Positions 31,197-39,763 of a DNA stretch of 64,000 nucleotides are shown piece by piece. Made by a program: the position numbers and the translations under genes. Source of the DNA: Gomphosphaeria aponina SAG 52.96 = DSM 107014 (lineage in GTDB: Bacteria; Cyanobacteriota; Cyanobacteriia; Cyanobacteriales; Gomphosphaeriaceae); NCBI GenBank assembly GCA_016903655.1, contig JADQBC010000002.1:12078-76077 (forward strand), read 5' to 3'. Position 1 is the stretch's first letter. Each line of letters opens with the position of its first letter. The notes under the pieces were generated by a model. It had not been told where the DNA came from. It did not search any database and worked only from the letters and a program-made list of their open reading frames with translations.

Positions 31197-31323
31197 AGTA
31201 GGTGGACAAAATTATTTACAGAATTTCTGTAGGGGCGGGCCAGCGGGATAACCTATGTTGCACAATAAAAATTGATTGTTCAAAACCCGCCCTCACCCAT
31301 GTAATTAATTTTGTCTAATTACT
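31197..31323. mobile_element. 127-bp MITE, family A, copy 1 (TA target-site duplication)
   Basis: agtaggtggacaaaatta...taattttgtctaattact are imperfect 18-bp terminal inverted repeats, flanked by TA/TA. Near-identical to 51373-51499 and 60147-60273. Confidence 0.85.
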
Positions 31324-31347
31324 TAAACCCATTACACAGAAGAAAAA

Positions 31348-33027
31348 ATGAATTATTATTCTGGATTAACTGCCACAGGTTTATGTGCAGCAATTGTAAT
31401 TTTTCAGCCCCAAATAGCAACAGCATTAACAATTAATGAGGTAGAAAACATTGCTAAAGAAATTACAGTTTTAATTCGGGGCGGGGGTGAACCAGGTTCA
31501 GGGGTAATAATTGCCAGGGAAGGCAATACTTATTATCTCTTAACTGCAGGGCACGTTGTCAAAGGTATTAACCCAGGAGATGAAGCTTATGCCAATACCT
31601 ACGATAATGAGCCAAATCGAATTAATAGCATTGAAAAATTGCCCAATCTAGACTTAGCAGTAGTTCAATTTACTAGCAATAAAAATTATCCAGTGGCAAC
31701 CCTTGCCAATTTTAATGCCAGAGTCTATAAAAACCGTGAATATCCTAGTAGTGAATATGCTGAGACGCAAAATTTACTCCAACCAGAAGACAGCTTTATT
31801 TTAATTGCTGGATGGCCAGCAGGAGAGGGAAAAATAGTATTTAATCCTGGGATTTTGTATGATAATGAGGCTTATGCAATTTCCCATACAGAAGTTAGTT
31901 CTCAGGGTTATGAGTTAGTCTATACTAATCTTTCCCATCCAGGTATGAGTGGCGGGCCAGTGTTAGATAGTCAAGGAAGATTAATTGGTATTCATGGTAG
32001 AGCAGATGGAAAACAAATAGATAAAAATGATGCGATAGTTGGGAATTATTTGGAAGAAACAGGAGCAATTAGAGTAAAAATTGGCTTTAGTTTGGGCATT
32101 CCCATTAATAATTTTTTGGATGAAGCGCCCCAGGAAATAAGCTCAATATTAAAGGTAGAAAATTCAGAGCCTGGCTCAATTTCTGCTCAAGAAATTAACT
32201 CTTGGCGACCGCCTGTAGTTACGGATGATCAATCTAATCCGTTTTACTGGATAGATCAAGGTAATCAGTTGTGGCGCTTGGGGCGTATTGCTGAAGCAGT
32301 GGCAAACTTTGAAAAAGCGATCGCCCTGAAACCAGATTATGCTCTTCCCTGGTTTGCCAAAGGTTTCGCCCTGGGGTTTGATCAGCAATATGCAGCAGCA
32401 CTAGAAGCTTGTAATCAGGCGATCGCCCTTCAAGCTAATTATTATGAAGCTTGGCGTTGCAAGGCAGGGGCTTTACAAGAATTACAACGGTTTGATGCCG
32501 CCCTAGTTTCCTTAAATCAAGCCATAGAAATTAATCGGAAAAATTCTCAGCCAGAAAACTATGGTGACTGGGCAACTAAAGGAGAATTATTAGTTGCTCT
32601 ACAGCAATATTCAGGAGCAATTGAAGCTTTTGACAAAGCGATAGAAATTAGGACAAGTTTAGGCTTGCCCGCGTCAGTGCGCTTAACAACTAATCGCGGT
32701 TTTGTGTTTTTAGCAATGGGAGAATATGAACAAGCATTAATTGAATTTGAACGGGCAATAACAATTGATTCCAACTATGCTCCCGCTTGGAGTAATAAAG
32801 CTTTAGCTTTCCAAAAATTAGCCAAATATGAAGAATCTCTCAATTGTTATAATCAAGTAATTGAACTAAATCCCCAAGATGTCAACGCCTGGAATAATCG
32901 CGGTATGACTCTGTATTCAATGGGACAATATCAAGCAGCATTAGCATCTTTTAACCAGGCCCTACAAATTGACCCCAATTATCAACCAGCCCTGAATAAT
33001 CGTGATGCTGTCATGGAGCAAAATTAG
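31348..33027 (+). CDS. S1 (trypsin-like) serine protease fused to C-terminal TPR repeats
   Basis: Triad motifs TAGHVV, DLAVVQF and GMSGGPVLD. The C-terminal ~270 aa contain about 7 TPR units. Confidence 0.85.
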   Translation: MNYYSGLTATGLCAAIVIFQPQIATALTINEVENIAKEITVLIRGGGEPGSGVIIAREGNTYYLLTAGHVVKGINPGDEAYANTYDNEPNRINSIEKLPNLDLAVVQFTSNKNYPVATLANFNARVYKNREYPSSEYAETQNLLQPEDSFILIAGWPAGEGKIVFNPGILYDNEAYAISHTEVSSQGYELVYTNLSHPGMSGGPVLDSQGRLIGIHGRADGKQIDKNDAIVGNYLEETGAIRVKIGFSLGIPINNFLDEAPQEISSILKVENSEPGSISAQEINSWRPPVVTDDQSNPFYWIDQGNQLWRLGRIAEAVANFEKAIALKPDYALPWFAKGFALGFDQQYAAALEACNQAIALQANYYEAWRCKAGALQELQRFDAALVSLNQAIEINRKNSQPENYGDWATKGELLVALQQYSGAIEAFDKAIEIRTSLGLPASVRLTTNRGFVFLAMGEYEQALIEFERAITIDSNYAPAWSNKALAFQKLAKYEESLNCYNQVIELNPQDVNAWNNRGMTLYSMGQYQAALASFNQALQIDPNYQPALNNRDAVMEQN

Positions 33028-33108
33028 GATTAATCCTCCCCTGATCTTCAGGATAAAGGGAGGAGTTACAATAGACCTGTTGCGAAACTCTAAAAAACCC
33101 CACCCCAA

Positions 33109-33131
33109 CCCTCCCCTTGCCAAGGGGAGGG
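33109..33131. repeat. GC-rich hairpin ccctcccctt-gcc-aaggggaggg
   Basis: Perfect 10-bp stem. The ccccttgScaagggg motif recurs at 33156-33170 and 33416-33430. Confidence 0.8.
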
Positions 33132-33154
33132 AGCCCTACATTCCAAGCATTTCT

Positions 33155-33432
33155 CCCCCCCTTGGCAAGCAGGGCTGTTTCATTTTACGTTTGCAGTTAA
33201 ATAGATTATTTATTTTAATCAGCATATTTTATATTAAATACTTAGATAACCAATTTTTATAAATCAATGCTTAAAACTGTGTAGTCTTTTTAAAAGAATA
33301 GAGCAATAATAACTATTTTTGTTAATTTTACCCAAATTGTTAGAAATATAAGCCTGAAACCGTTATATTTTAAGGGTTTTAAAAAGCCTTAAATTTTTAA
33401 ATGAAACAGCCCTGCCCCTTGGCAAGGGGGGG
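33155..33432. repeat. about 280-bp inverted-repeat-bounded AT-rich element (possible MITE or relic)
   Basis: The left arm cccccccttggcaagcagggctgtttcattt and right arm aaatgaaacagccctgccccttggcaaggggggg share a perfect 16-bp core. They enclose about 210 bp of non-coding AT-rich DNA. Confidence 0.7.
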
Positions 33433-33474
33433 TAGGGGGGGTTAACACAAATGATCGCTCATTGGTCTAATTAC

Positions 33475-34062
33475 TTACCAAACCGAACCAGTAGGTTTTT
33501 CAGTACTAGGAGAAGGCACTGGTTGAATTGGGGTTTCAGGGGAATTATTTGCTGCTGTTGTTGCCTCCTGCAAATACTCATTCATATCAATATAAACCCG
33601 ACCACTTGACTCATTTAACGGGCCACTTGCTTGGAGACGCACTGCCATTAAATCTTGTAAAGTTTGGTTAGGATTACTACCTGGTTTCAGAGTGAATAAT
33701 TGCCCCACACAAGACCCGCCATCATATTGAGCAGCACAGACTATATCATAGCCATTTTTAATGCCAGTGGTCAGGTAATTTAAAGTTCCATTATTATAAT
33801 ATTCCTGGAACTTATTAGACACGATCTCACAACGAGTTTGGGGCGTATATCCAGAATCCTCAAAATGATTCGATACCCACCTAATTACTGGCACATTTGC
33901 TGTAGGAGTTTGGGCAATAGTTGCTGGTACTCCCTGCCAATAACCACAGACAAATTTAGTCCCTGATTGTAACTGTGCTTCTGCAGGTTTACTAGCAATA
34001 AATGCGCTAGCTAATGTGAGAGCGGAAACGGTCAATAACCCAGTCAAAAAATTAGTTTTCAT
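33475..34062 (-). CDS. COP23 (circadian oscillating protein 23)-domain secreted protein
   Basis: A signal peptide is followed by FVCG...GVPATIA...PVIRWVSNHFEDSGYTPQTRCEIVSNKFQ...VCAA...GGSC...LFTLKPG. The conserved Cys pattern matches COP23 as I remember it. Confidence 0.75.
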   Translation of the reverse strand: MKTNFLTGLLTVSALTLASAFIASKPAEAQLQSGTKFVCGYWQGVPATIAQTPTANVPVIRWVSNHFEDSGYTPQTRCEIVSNKFQEYYNNGTLNYLTTGIKNGYDIVCAAQYDGGSCVGQLFTLKPGSNPNQTLQDLMAVRLQASGPLNESSGRVYIDMNEYLQEATTAANNSPETPIQPVPSPSTEKPTGSVW

Positions 34063-34093
34063 GGCTTTTTCTCACGATGATTTGTTGTTGCGA

Positions 34094-34858
34094 CTAATGG
34101 ACTCCTAATTGAGCGCCAAGAGCTATTTGGCTAAACTTATTAATAGGAATTGCCCAGCTATAATCTTTCATTCTTTGACCCATCTCCCCAGAAGGTTGTT
34201 CCCCATCTTCATAAAGATACGGTTCCCCCCACAGCGGATGAGCGTGGATCCCGTTTATTGCTATTACTTCTCCATCTAAGTTTAACACAGGCCCCCCGCT
34301 CATTCCTTTCTCAATTTCATTGGTATAGCCTATTTGATACCCATCTACCAAAGATTTGGCTAAAATAAGCCCTATTTGCCCTTCTGTATATTTCAACCCC
34401 TTATCTCCAAAAGGAAACCCCCCAGCAACTACTTTTTCCCCTTCTTGTAAACTGTCAGAATTGCCTAAAGTAGCCACTGCATACTCTACTGCACTGCTAA
34501 ATTTAATGATAGCTAAATCGTAATGCTCAAATTTAACTGCCTCTGGCCTGGCTAAGTGAATTTGACCATCTGCTGTTTCAATTTGATATTCCCCAACATC
34601 ATTGCGCAATACATGGTCATTGGTTAGTACTGTATATTCTGCTCCTTCCCGCTCAATGATAATTCCCGAACCCCAGCTCTCTTCGCCAAATATTTTTACT
34701 GTAATTAAACGGGTGCGATCAAATAAACTTTTTTGTGCTAATGCTGAATCAACTTCCCCTGTTTCTGAGCGATCGCCTAGAGCTACTATGGGTATAATCG
34801 CCACAGTTACAAGCCCAACAATACCGCTCATTAAAATTGGGGTGATTTTTACTTTCAT
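34094..34858 (-). CDS. S1 (trypsin-like) serine protease, membrane-anchored or secreted
   Basis: Triad motifs TNDHVL, DLAIIKF and GMSGGPVLN. The start is set at MKVKITPILMSGIVGLV because the upstream 28 codons overlap the tRNA-distal hairpins. Confidence 0.85.
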   Translation of the reverse strand: MKVKITPILMSGIVGLVTVAIIPIVALGDRSETGEVDSALAQKSLFDRTRLITVKIFGEESWGSGIIIEREGAEYTVLTNDHVLRNDVGEYQIETADGQIHLARPEAVKFEHYDLAIIKFSSAVEYAVATLGNSDSLQEGEKVVAGGFPFGDKGLKYTEGQIGLILAKSLVDGYQIGYTNEIEKGMSGGPVLNLDGEVIAINGIHAHPLWGEPYLYEDGEQPSGEMGQRMKDYSWAIPINKFSQIALGAQLGVH

Positions 34859-34923
34859 GGAGAAGCAATGCCATTTCTTTACCCAGGGATTATCTAAAAA
34901 ACCTTCTTTTAACACAGGGAGTT

Positions 34924-34978
34924 GTCTTGAACAATCATCCAAGATGATTGTTCAAGACAATGGGTTTAAACCCATTGT
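34924..34978 (-). terminator. two adjacent perfect palindromes downstream of tRNA-Leu (terminator/processing-like)
   Basis: gtcttgaacaatcatc-caa-gatgattgttcaagac has a 16-bp stem, and acaatgggtttaaacccattgt is a 22-bp palindrome. There is no clear U-run. Confidence 0.4.
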
Positions 34979-35001
34979 TTATGTCATATACCTTGCGGTA
35001 A

Positions 35002-35082
35002 TGCGGATGGGGAGACTCGAACTCCCATGGCGTGAGCCACACGCCCCTCAAGCGTGCGTGTCTACCGTTCCACCACATCCGC
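35002..35082 (-). tRNA. tRNA-Leu (anticodon GAG), class II with long variable arm, CCA not encoded
   Basis: The reverse complement is GCGGATGTGGTGGAACGGTAGACACGCACGCTTGAGGGGCGTGTGGCTCACGCCATGGGAGTTCGAGTCTCCCCATCCGCA. The 7-bp acceptor pairs, the anticodon stem is CACGC/GCGTG with loop TTGAGGG, and the T-arm is GGGAG-TTCGAGT-CTCCC. Confidence 0.92.
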
Positions 35083-35168
35083 TTTTTATGCTTAAGTTAT
35101 CCTATCACAATTTGGCTCATTTGTGCAACCAACAAGCTAAAATTTTTCCCCCAGCACCTGGCCTGCCC

Positions 35169-37583
35169 CTAGGGTGCAACCTTGTCAACAAAATAAATTG
35201 CCCAAATGGCCATGGCCCGCAAATAATGACTTCCCCGAAAAGTCCCCGCTGCAGTTATTGCTTCTGGGGTGCGAAATTGTAAGCCATTTTCATAAACCTG
35301 TTGCACAACTTTTTCGGCTAATTGCAAACCCTCATCTTTCATTCCCATTTGGATCAGAAAAGCTGCTAAACCAAAATTAATCCCTGTCCAAACTTCCAAA
35401 GGATGGGTAGCATGAGGATTTTCTGGAGAACCATCAGGTTTTACTCCATTTGCTGCCCCCAATTCTCCATTTTGGAACTTGAGAAAACAAGCATCATAAA
35501 TTTTTTCTAAGGCTGCTTTTGCATATTTAGGCTCAACCACATTGGGCAAGCCTAACAACTGGGTATAAAATTGACCACAGAGTTGATCTGCCATAACCAC
35601 ATCAGAATTACTCTCACTATCGAGGCGATAATATGCCCCATTCCAGAGTTTTGCCTGATAAATTGGTCTTGCTTGGGCTAACCAAGTTTCATAAGTAGCG
35701 ATCGCCGCTTCAATGCCCCGAGGATAATCCACTGGTTGTAAATTAGGATTCAGGGGCGGATTTTCCCTTAAAATCTTCCCTATAGCCACCGCAGCTTCCA
35801 AAGCCGCGATCCACAAACCGCCACAATAAGCACTAATTCCCCGTAACTGCCAATCATCAAAAGTTTGGTCAGGGGCTCCTGAATTTTCGGGAATCCCATC
35901 CCCATCCAAATCAAACTCTTTTAAATATGCCAAACTCGAGGCGATCGCCTCCCAACATTCCCATAAAAAATCCCCATCATTCCCCCCTGTCAGGACAAAA
36001 TCCCGATAAACTTGCAAGACAAAATCGCAAGCTAAATCCTTCCACAGATTGCAATCTTGATAACTTGTATAGTTAGTTTTCTCCCAGGGATGTTCATTTG
36101 GCGCTCCCAAATCATGGGGTGTCGCCCCTACTGCCTTCCGAATTGCCTCAGTCTGATTATATCCAATCACCCTCGTACTCTCATCCCCTTGAGGAATAGC
36201 TCGCGCAAAAGCTTCTAAAACTGCTTTATCCAGTTTTGGCCACCAGGCAAGCAAGGCAAACGACCCATATAATCTTACATCCAGACTCTCATACCAGCGA
36301 TAATCCATACATTCCAAAACCCCAAACTGGCCTACAGGATCATCTTCCGTTGCTGCAGTCCATAAACTACCCCCATCTGTTAGCAAATACAACTCATTAA
36401 ACATGGCCATTTTCAACCAGTCTGGCCAATCTTCCCGTTTGAGGATGGGTGTTTGCCATTCCTCAATCCTTTCCTTCCACAGATCCCCATGTTTCAGAGC
36501 GGTTCTAATTATTGTCCAGACATTATTGCCTGTGCGACCAAAAAAATCCGTATAACGACGATAATAATTTACCTCTTCTGCAAACTGTGTTACAGGAAAA
36601 TCCCAAGCTAGAATAAAAGGAATTTTCCGAGTTTTCCCTGGACGCAGAGTAAAACGAATCGCCATTGCTGCGGCAATTTGTTCTCCTGGTTCTGCGGGGG
36701 TTTCATCCTGATAATCTGGTAAAGATCCATTCATTGAAAAATAATCCCACACATCTGCCCCATCCCCAACAGGATTCCAGCGACTATGGAAAAAAACTTC
36801 TAAAGTCGGATTAGTGATACTAGCAACAGCAATTTGCCCTTCTCCCTCCTCTATTTCATCCCGTAGTTGAATCCGAGTTAGTACATACCCCACTCTGTAG
36901 TTGTCCTGAATCCACTGATTTAAATTCCCCGTACTATCTCCCCAGCGAGGCTGATATTCATAAACTGGACTACCATCATCCCGCACCCGCACTTGAGGAG
37001 ATTTAATCGCATTAGTAAACCAACCCACTGTATTTTGCCAAGTTGACATTATACTCAAAGTCAGAGGTTGATTGGTGGGATTGTGAGCAGTCCATTCAAA
37101 AATCGCTACTGGGTAGCTAGTTTCTTGGTAATTATGGGGCAAAATGGGGGAAAACTGCTCACAGATTAACTCTGTTTGAAATACACCTTGATAGTCAAAC
37201 CAACTGCGGGGATAGAGAGCGTGATAAGTGCCTTTGGCTGTGGGATACCATGACCAACGGGATAAAGTGCCATTTTTTGGGGGTTGAGTCATCATGGCAT
37301 AAGCAAGAGTGGGTCCATCCTCTGGCTGTTCAAAAACACTAAACTGACAAGCAGGGAGACTGTGAAAAATATGTTCACCGCCATCAATATGCCAGAGATT
37401 GAAATCACCACGAGGCGATCGCCCGATACAACCCGCCCCAAAACCTCCCAGAGGCATTCCATGCCAAGGGCCATCATCTAAATTACTTGGATAGCGCACA
37501 GTATAGGGATTGTCCCAACCTAAACCGATGGGACGTTTCCAGGTAAAAGCAGGAATTTTCGGACGTGGAATTTGAAAAAGCAT
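35169..37583 (-). CDS. GH116-family beta-glucosidase (GBA2 / non-lysosomal glucosylceramidase-like)
   Basis: 804 aa. The N-terminal PLGGFGAGCIGRSPRGDFNLWHIDGGEH and the overall size are typical of GBA2-type enzymes. Confidence 0.8.
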   Translation of the reverse strand: MLFQIPRPKIPAFTWKRPIGLGWDNPYTVRYPSNLDDGPWHGMPLGGFGAGCIGRSPRGDFNLWHIDGGEHIFHSLPACQFSVFEQPEDGPTLAYAMMTQPPKNGTLSRWSWYPTAKGTYHALYPRSWFDYQGVFQTELICEQFSPILPHNYQETSYPVAIFEWTAHNPTNQPLTLSIMSTWQNTVGWFTNAIKSPQVRVRDDGSPVYEYQPRWGDSTGNLNQWIQDNYRVGYVLTRIQLRDEIEEGEGQIAVASITNPTLEVFFHSRWNPVGDGADVWDYFSMNGSLPDYQDETPAEPGEQIAAAMAIRFTLRPGKTRKIPFILAWDFPVTQFAEEVNYYRRYTDFFGRTGNNVWTIIRTALKHGDLWKERIEEWQTPILKREDWPDWLKMAMFNELYLLTDGGSLWTAATEDDPVGQFGVLECMDYRWYESLDVRLYGSFALLAWWPKLDKAVLEAFARAIPQGDESTRVIGYNQTEAIRKAVGATPHDLGAPNEHPWEKTNYTSYQDCNLWKDLACDFVLQVYRDFVLTGGNDGDFLWECWEAIASSLAYLKEFDLDGDGIPENSGAPDQTFDDWQLRGISAYCGGLWIAALEAAVAIGKILRENPPLNPNLQPVDYPRGIEAAIATYETWLAQARPIYQAKLWNGAYYRLDSESNSDVVMADQLCGQFYTQLLGLPNVVEPKYAKAALEKIYDACFLKFQNGELGAANGVKPDGSPENPHATHPLEVWTGINFGLAAFLIQMGMKDEGLQLAEKVVQQVYENGLQFRTPEAITAAGTFRGSHYLRAMAIWAIYFVDKVAP

Positions 37584-37704
37584 TCTTCTAATATACTGGC
37601 AAAAAGCACCGCGAGTCTGTGGTTTCAGGTTAATAAATTATTATTATTATAAGGGTGAAGGAATGCCTTTTGCTTTTTGCCTTTTAGGTTCGGGAGAAAA
37701 AAAC

Positions 37705-37830
37705 GGCGTTGCGTTTTTTGGATAATGACGCATTTTAGTAGCGGAGTAGGGGTGGAAAGTGGCCAGAGGGTTTGAGTCGGGTTAGTAGTTTTTGTCAACC
37801 AATAATTCATGACTCAAAAAACCCAATGCC
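37705..37830. mobile_element. about 125-bp MITE, family B, copy 1
   Basis: The terminal inverted repeats are ggcgttgcgttttttgg and ccaaaaaacccaatgcc-type ends. The interior ataatgacgcattttagtagcggag...gggtttgagtYgggttagtagttt matches 47525-47649. Confidence 0.8.
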
Positions 37831-37837
37831 AAAATAC

Positions 37838-39565
37838 TTAATACTTTCTTTCCTTGGGTTCAAAACGATTAATTACTACTGGCAGATAATTCAGCTCAAT
37901 GCCAACAGGAGAATAATAAGCTAAAGTATGCGAAAGAAAATTCCCATCATCTCTGCTAGTATAATCTTCTCTTGAATGAGCTCCTCTACTTTCTTGACGA
38001 TTAAGGGCAGAAGTAAGAATCATCTCCCCAACTATCATTATATTCCTCAATTCTAAGGCTTCAATTAACTCTGTATTCCAGCACTTCTCCTTGTCATCTA
38101 GATAGATTTGACCATATTTTTCCTTGAGTTGTTGCAATTTTGCCAACCCTTCGAGCATCACTGTTTCTGTGCGGAAAACACCGCAATGTTGACTCATGCA
38201 ATCTTGAAATTCTTGGCGCAGTTTGGCAATACGCATAGTTCCCTTTTGCTCTAAAAGACTCTGAATTTGTTTGTTTGCTCTCTTAAGATAAACTTGAGCA
38301 TCAAATTCAGGCATTTTGCGGTTTTGGATATATTGGGCGATCGCCGCTCCTGTTCTTTGACCATATACTACACATTCTAACAGGGAATTACTCCCCAAAC
38401 GATTCGCCCCATGAACTGAAACACAGGCACATTCACCTGCTGCAAAGAATCCCTCAACCAACCCATTCTGACCTGAGCGCACCTGACCTGATGTATTTAC
38501 AGGAATACCCCCCATACAATAATGGGCTGTTGGTCGCACTGGCATAGGTTCATATATTGCATCAACTCCCACCAGTCGATGGGCCTCTTCCCAACAAAAA
38601 GGCACCCGACTCATAATCTTTTCCTCCCCCAGATGGCGCAGGTCCAGATACACAAAGGGTCCCCCTGCACTCCCATCCAAATTAACTCCCCGTCCTGCGC
38701 GAATTTCCAAGGTAATCGACCTGGAGGTAATATCACGGGGAGCTAATTCCATTTGTTTGGGGGCGTAATCTTCCATAAACCGCCGCCCTTCACTATTAAT
38801 TAAATATGCTCCTTCCCCCCTCACCGCTTCGGAAATTAACACCCCTACTGGGTACAAACCTGTGGGATGGAATTGTACAAATTCCATATCTTCCAAGGGT
38901 ACTCCTGCCACGGCGGACATTCCCAAACCATCCCCTGTGGAAGCAAAATCATTAGAAGTGGTATTAAACACCCTGCCATAGCCCCCAGTAGCAAACATCA
39001 CTACTTTGGCGCAGACAACCTCTAGTTCACCATCTTTAATGTGATACATCACCACTCCTTTGGCTTCTCCCTCTTCTAGGATTAGCTGCATCACATACCA
39101 CTCTTCATATACCTGAACCTGATTACGGCGGAGATTATTCACCAGTTCGTGGAGCATGGCGTGACCTGTTTTATCTGCTGCATAACAAGTCCGTTTATGG
39201 GAATGTCCCCCAAAGGCTCTCTGAGCAATTCTCCCATCAGGTAAGCGGGAGAATAACACCCCCATGTGTTCTAAGTCGATAATTACACCTGGAGCTTCTT
39301 TTGTTAGAATTTCCACTGCATCCTGATCTGCTAAATAATCAGAACCTTTGACTGTATCAAAAGCGTGAGCTTCCCAACTATCATCTGGGTCAACATTTTG
39401 CAAACTTGCAGCTATTCCCCCTTGGGCGGCCACTGAGTGGGAGCGGATGGGGTGAGTTTTGGCAACCAACCCCACATCAATACTGGGGTTAGTCCGTTTA
39501 ATTTCCAGGGCAGCCCGACAACCAGCTAAACCACCACCAATAATAATTACGTCGTGTTCTCTCAT
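37838..39565 (-). CDS. sdhA: succinate dehydrogenase / fumarate reductase flavoprotein subunit
   Basis: HDVIIIGGGLAGCRAA (FAD fold), RSHSVAAQGGI (FAD-histidyl site) and HGANRLGSNSLLE. Confidence 0.93.
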   Translation of the reverse strand: MREHDVIIIGGGLAGCRAALEIKRTNPSIDVGLVAKTHPIRSHSVAAQGGIAASLQNVDPDDSWEAHAFDTVKGSDYLADQDAVEILTKEAPGVIIDLEHMGVLFSRLPDGRIAQRAFGGHSHKRTCYAADKTGHAMLHELVNNLRRNQVQVYEEWYVMQLILEEGEAKGVVMYHIKDGELEVVCAKVVMFATGGYGRVFNTTSNDFASTGDGLGMSAVAGVPLEDMEFVQFHPTGLYPVGVLISEAVRGEGAYLINSEGRRFMEDYAPKQMELAPRDITSRSITLEIRAGRGVNLDGSAGGPFVYLDLRHLGEEKIMSRVPFCWEEAHRLVGVDAIYEPMPVRPTAHYCMGGIPVNTSGQVRSGQNGLVEGFFAAGECACVSVHGANRLGSNSLLECVVYGQRTGAAIAQYIQNRKMPEFDAQVYLKRANKQIQSLLEQKGTMRIAKLRQEFQDCMSQHCGVFRTETVMLEGLAKLQQLKEKYGQIYLDDKEKCWNTELIEALELRNIMIVGEMILTSALNRQESRGAHSREDYTSRDDGNFLSHTLAYYSPVGIELNYLPVVINRFEPKERKY

Positions 39566-39763
39566 CTGAATAATTAATTAAAGTTTCTTAATTACTATCC
39601 TGACATTCCCAACACTCTTCCTCCCTGAAATTACCAAACTTCTTAACATTTATAAATGTGTTTTTAGAGGTTGTGTATGACACATTTATACTATTTTTTT
39701 GTAAGTTTGTTTGGTAATCAGATGAGCAAAACATTCTCATTTTTGATTCTTCCATCTCCAACA

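Noticed and set aside
34859-34942. 28-codon N-terminal extension of the S1 protease ORF
   Set aside because: It runs through the perfect palindromes downstream of tRNA-Leu. The internal Met is followed by a typical signal/anchor helix.
35002-35082. Group I intron in tRNA-Leu, which is classical in cyanobacteria
   Set aside because: That intron interrupts tRNA-Leu(UAA). This gene has anticodon GAG and a continuous 81-nt cloverleaf.
37625-37810. 61-aa ORF (and the analogous 47438-47668 ORF)
   Set aside because: Both are encoded by the family-B MITE copies. The reading frames are not conserved between the two copies.
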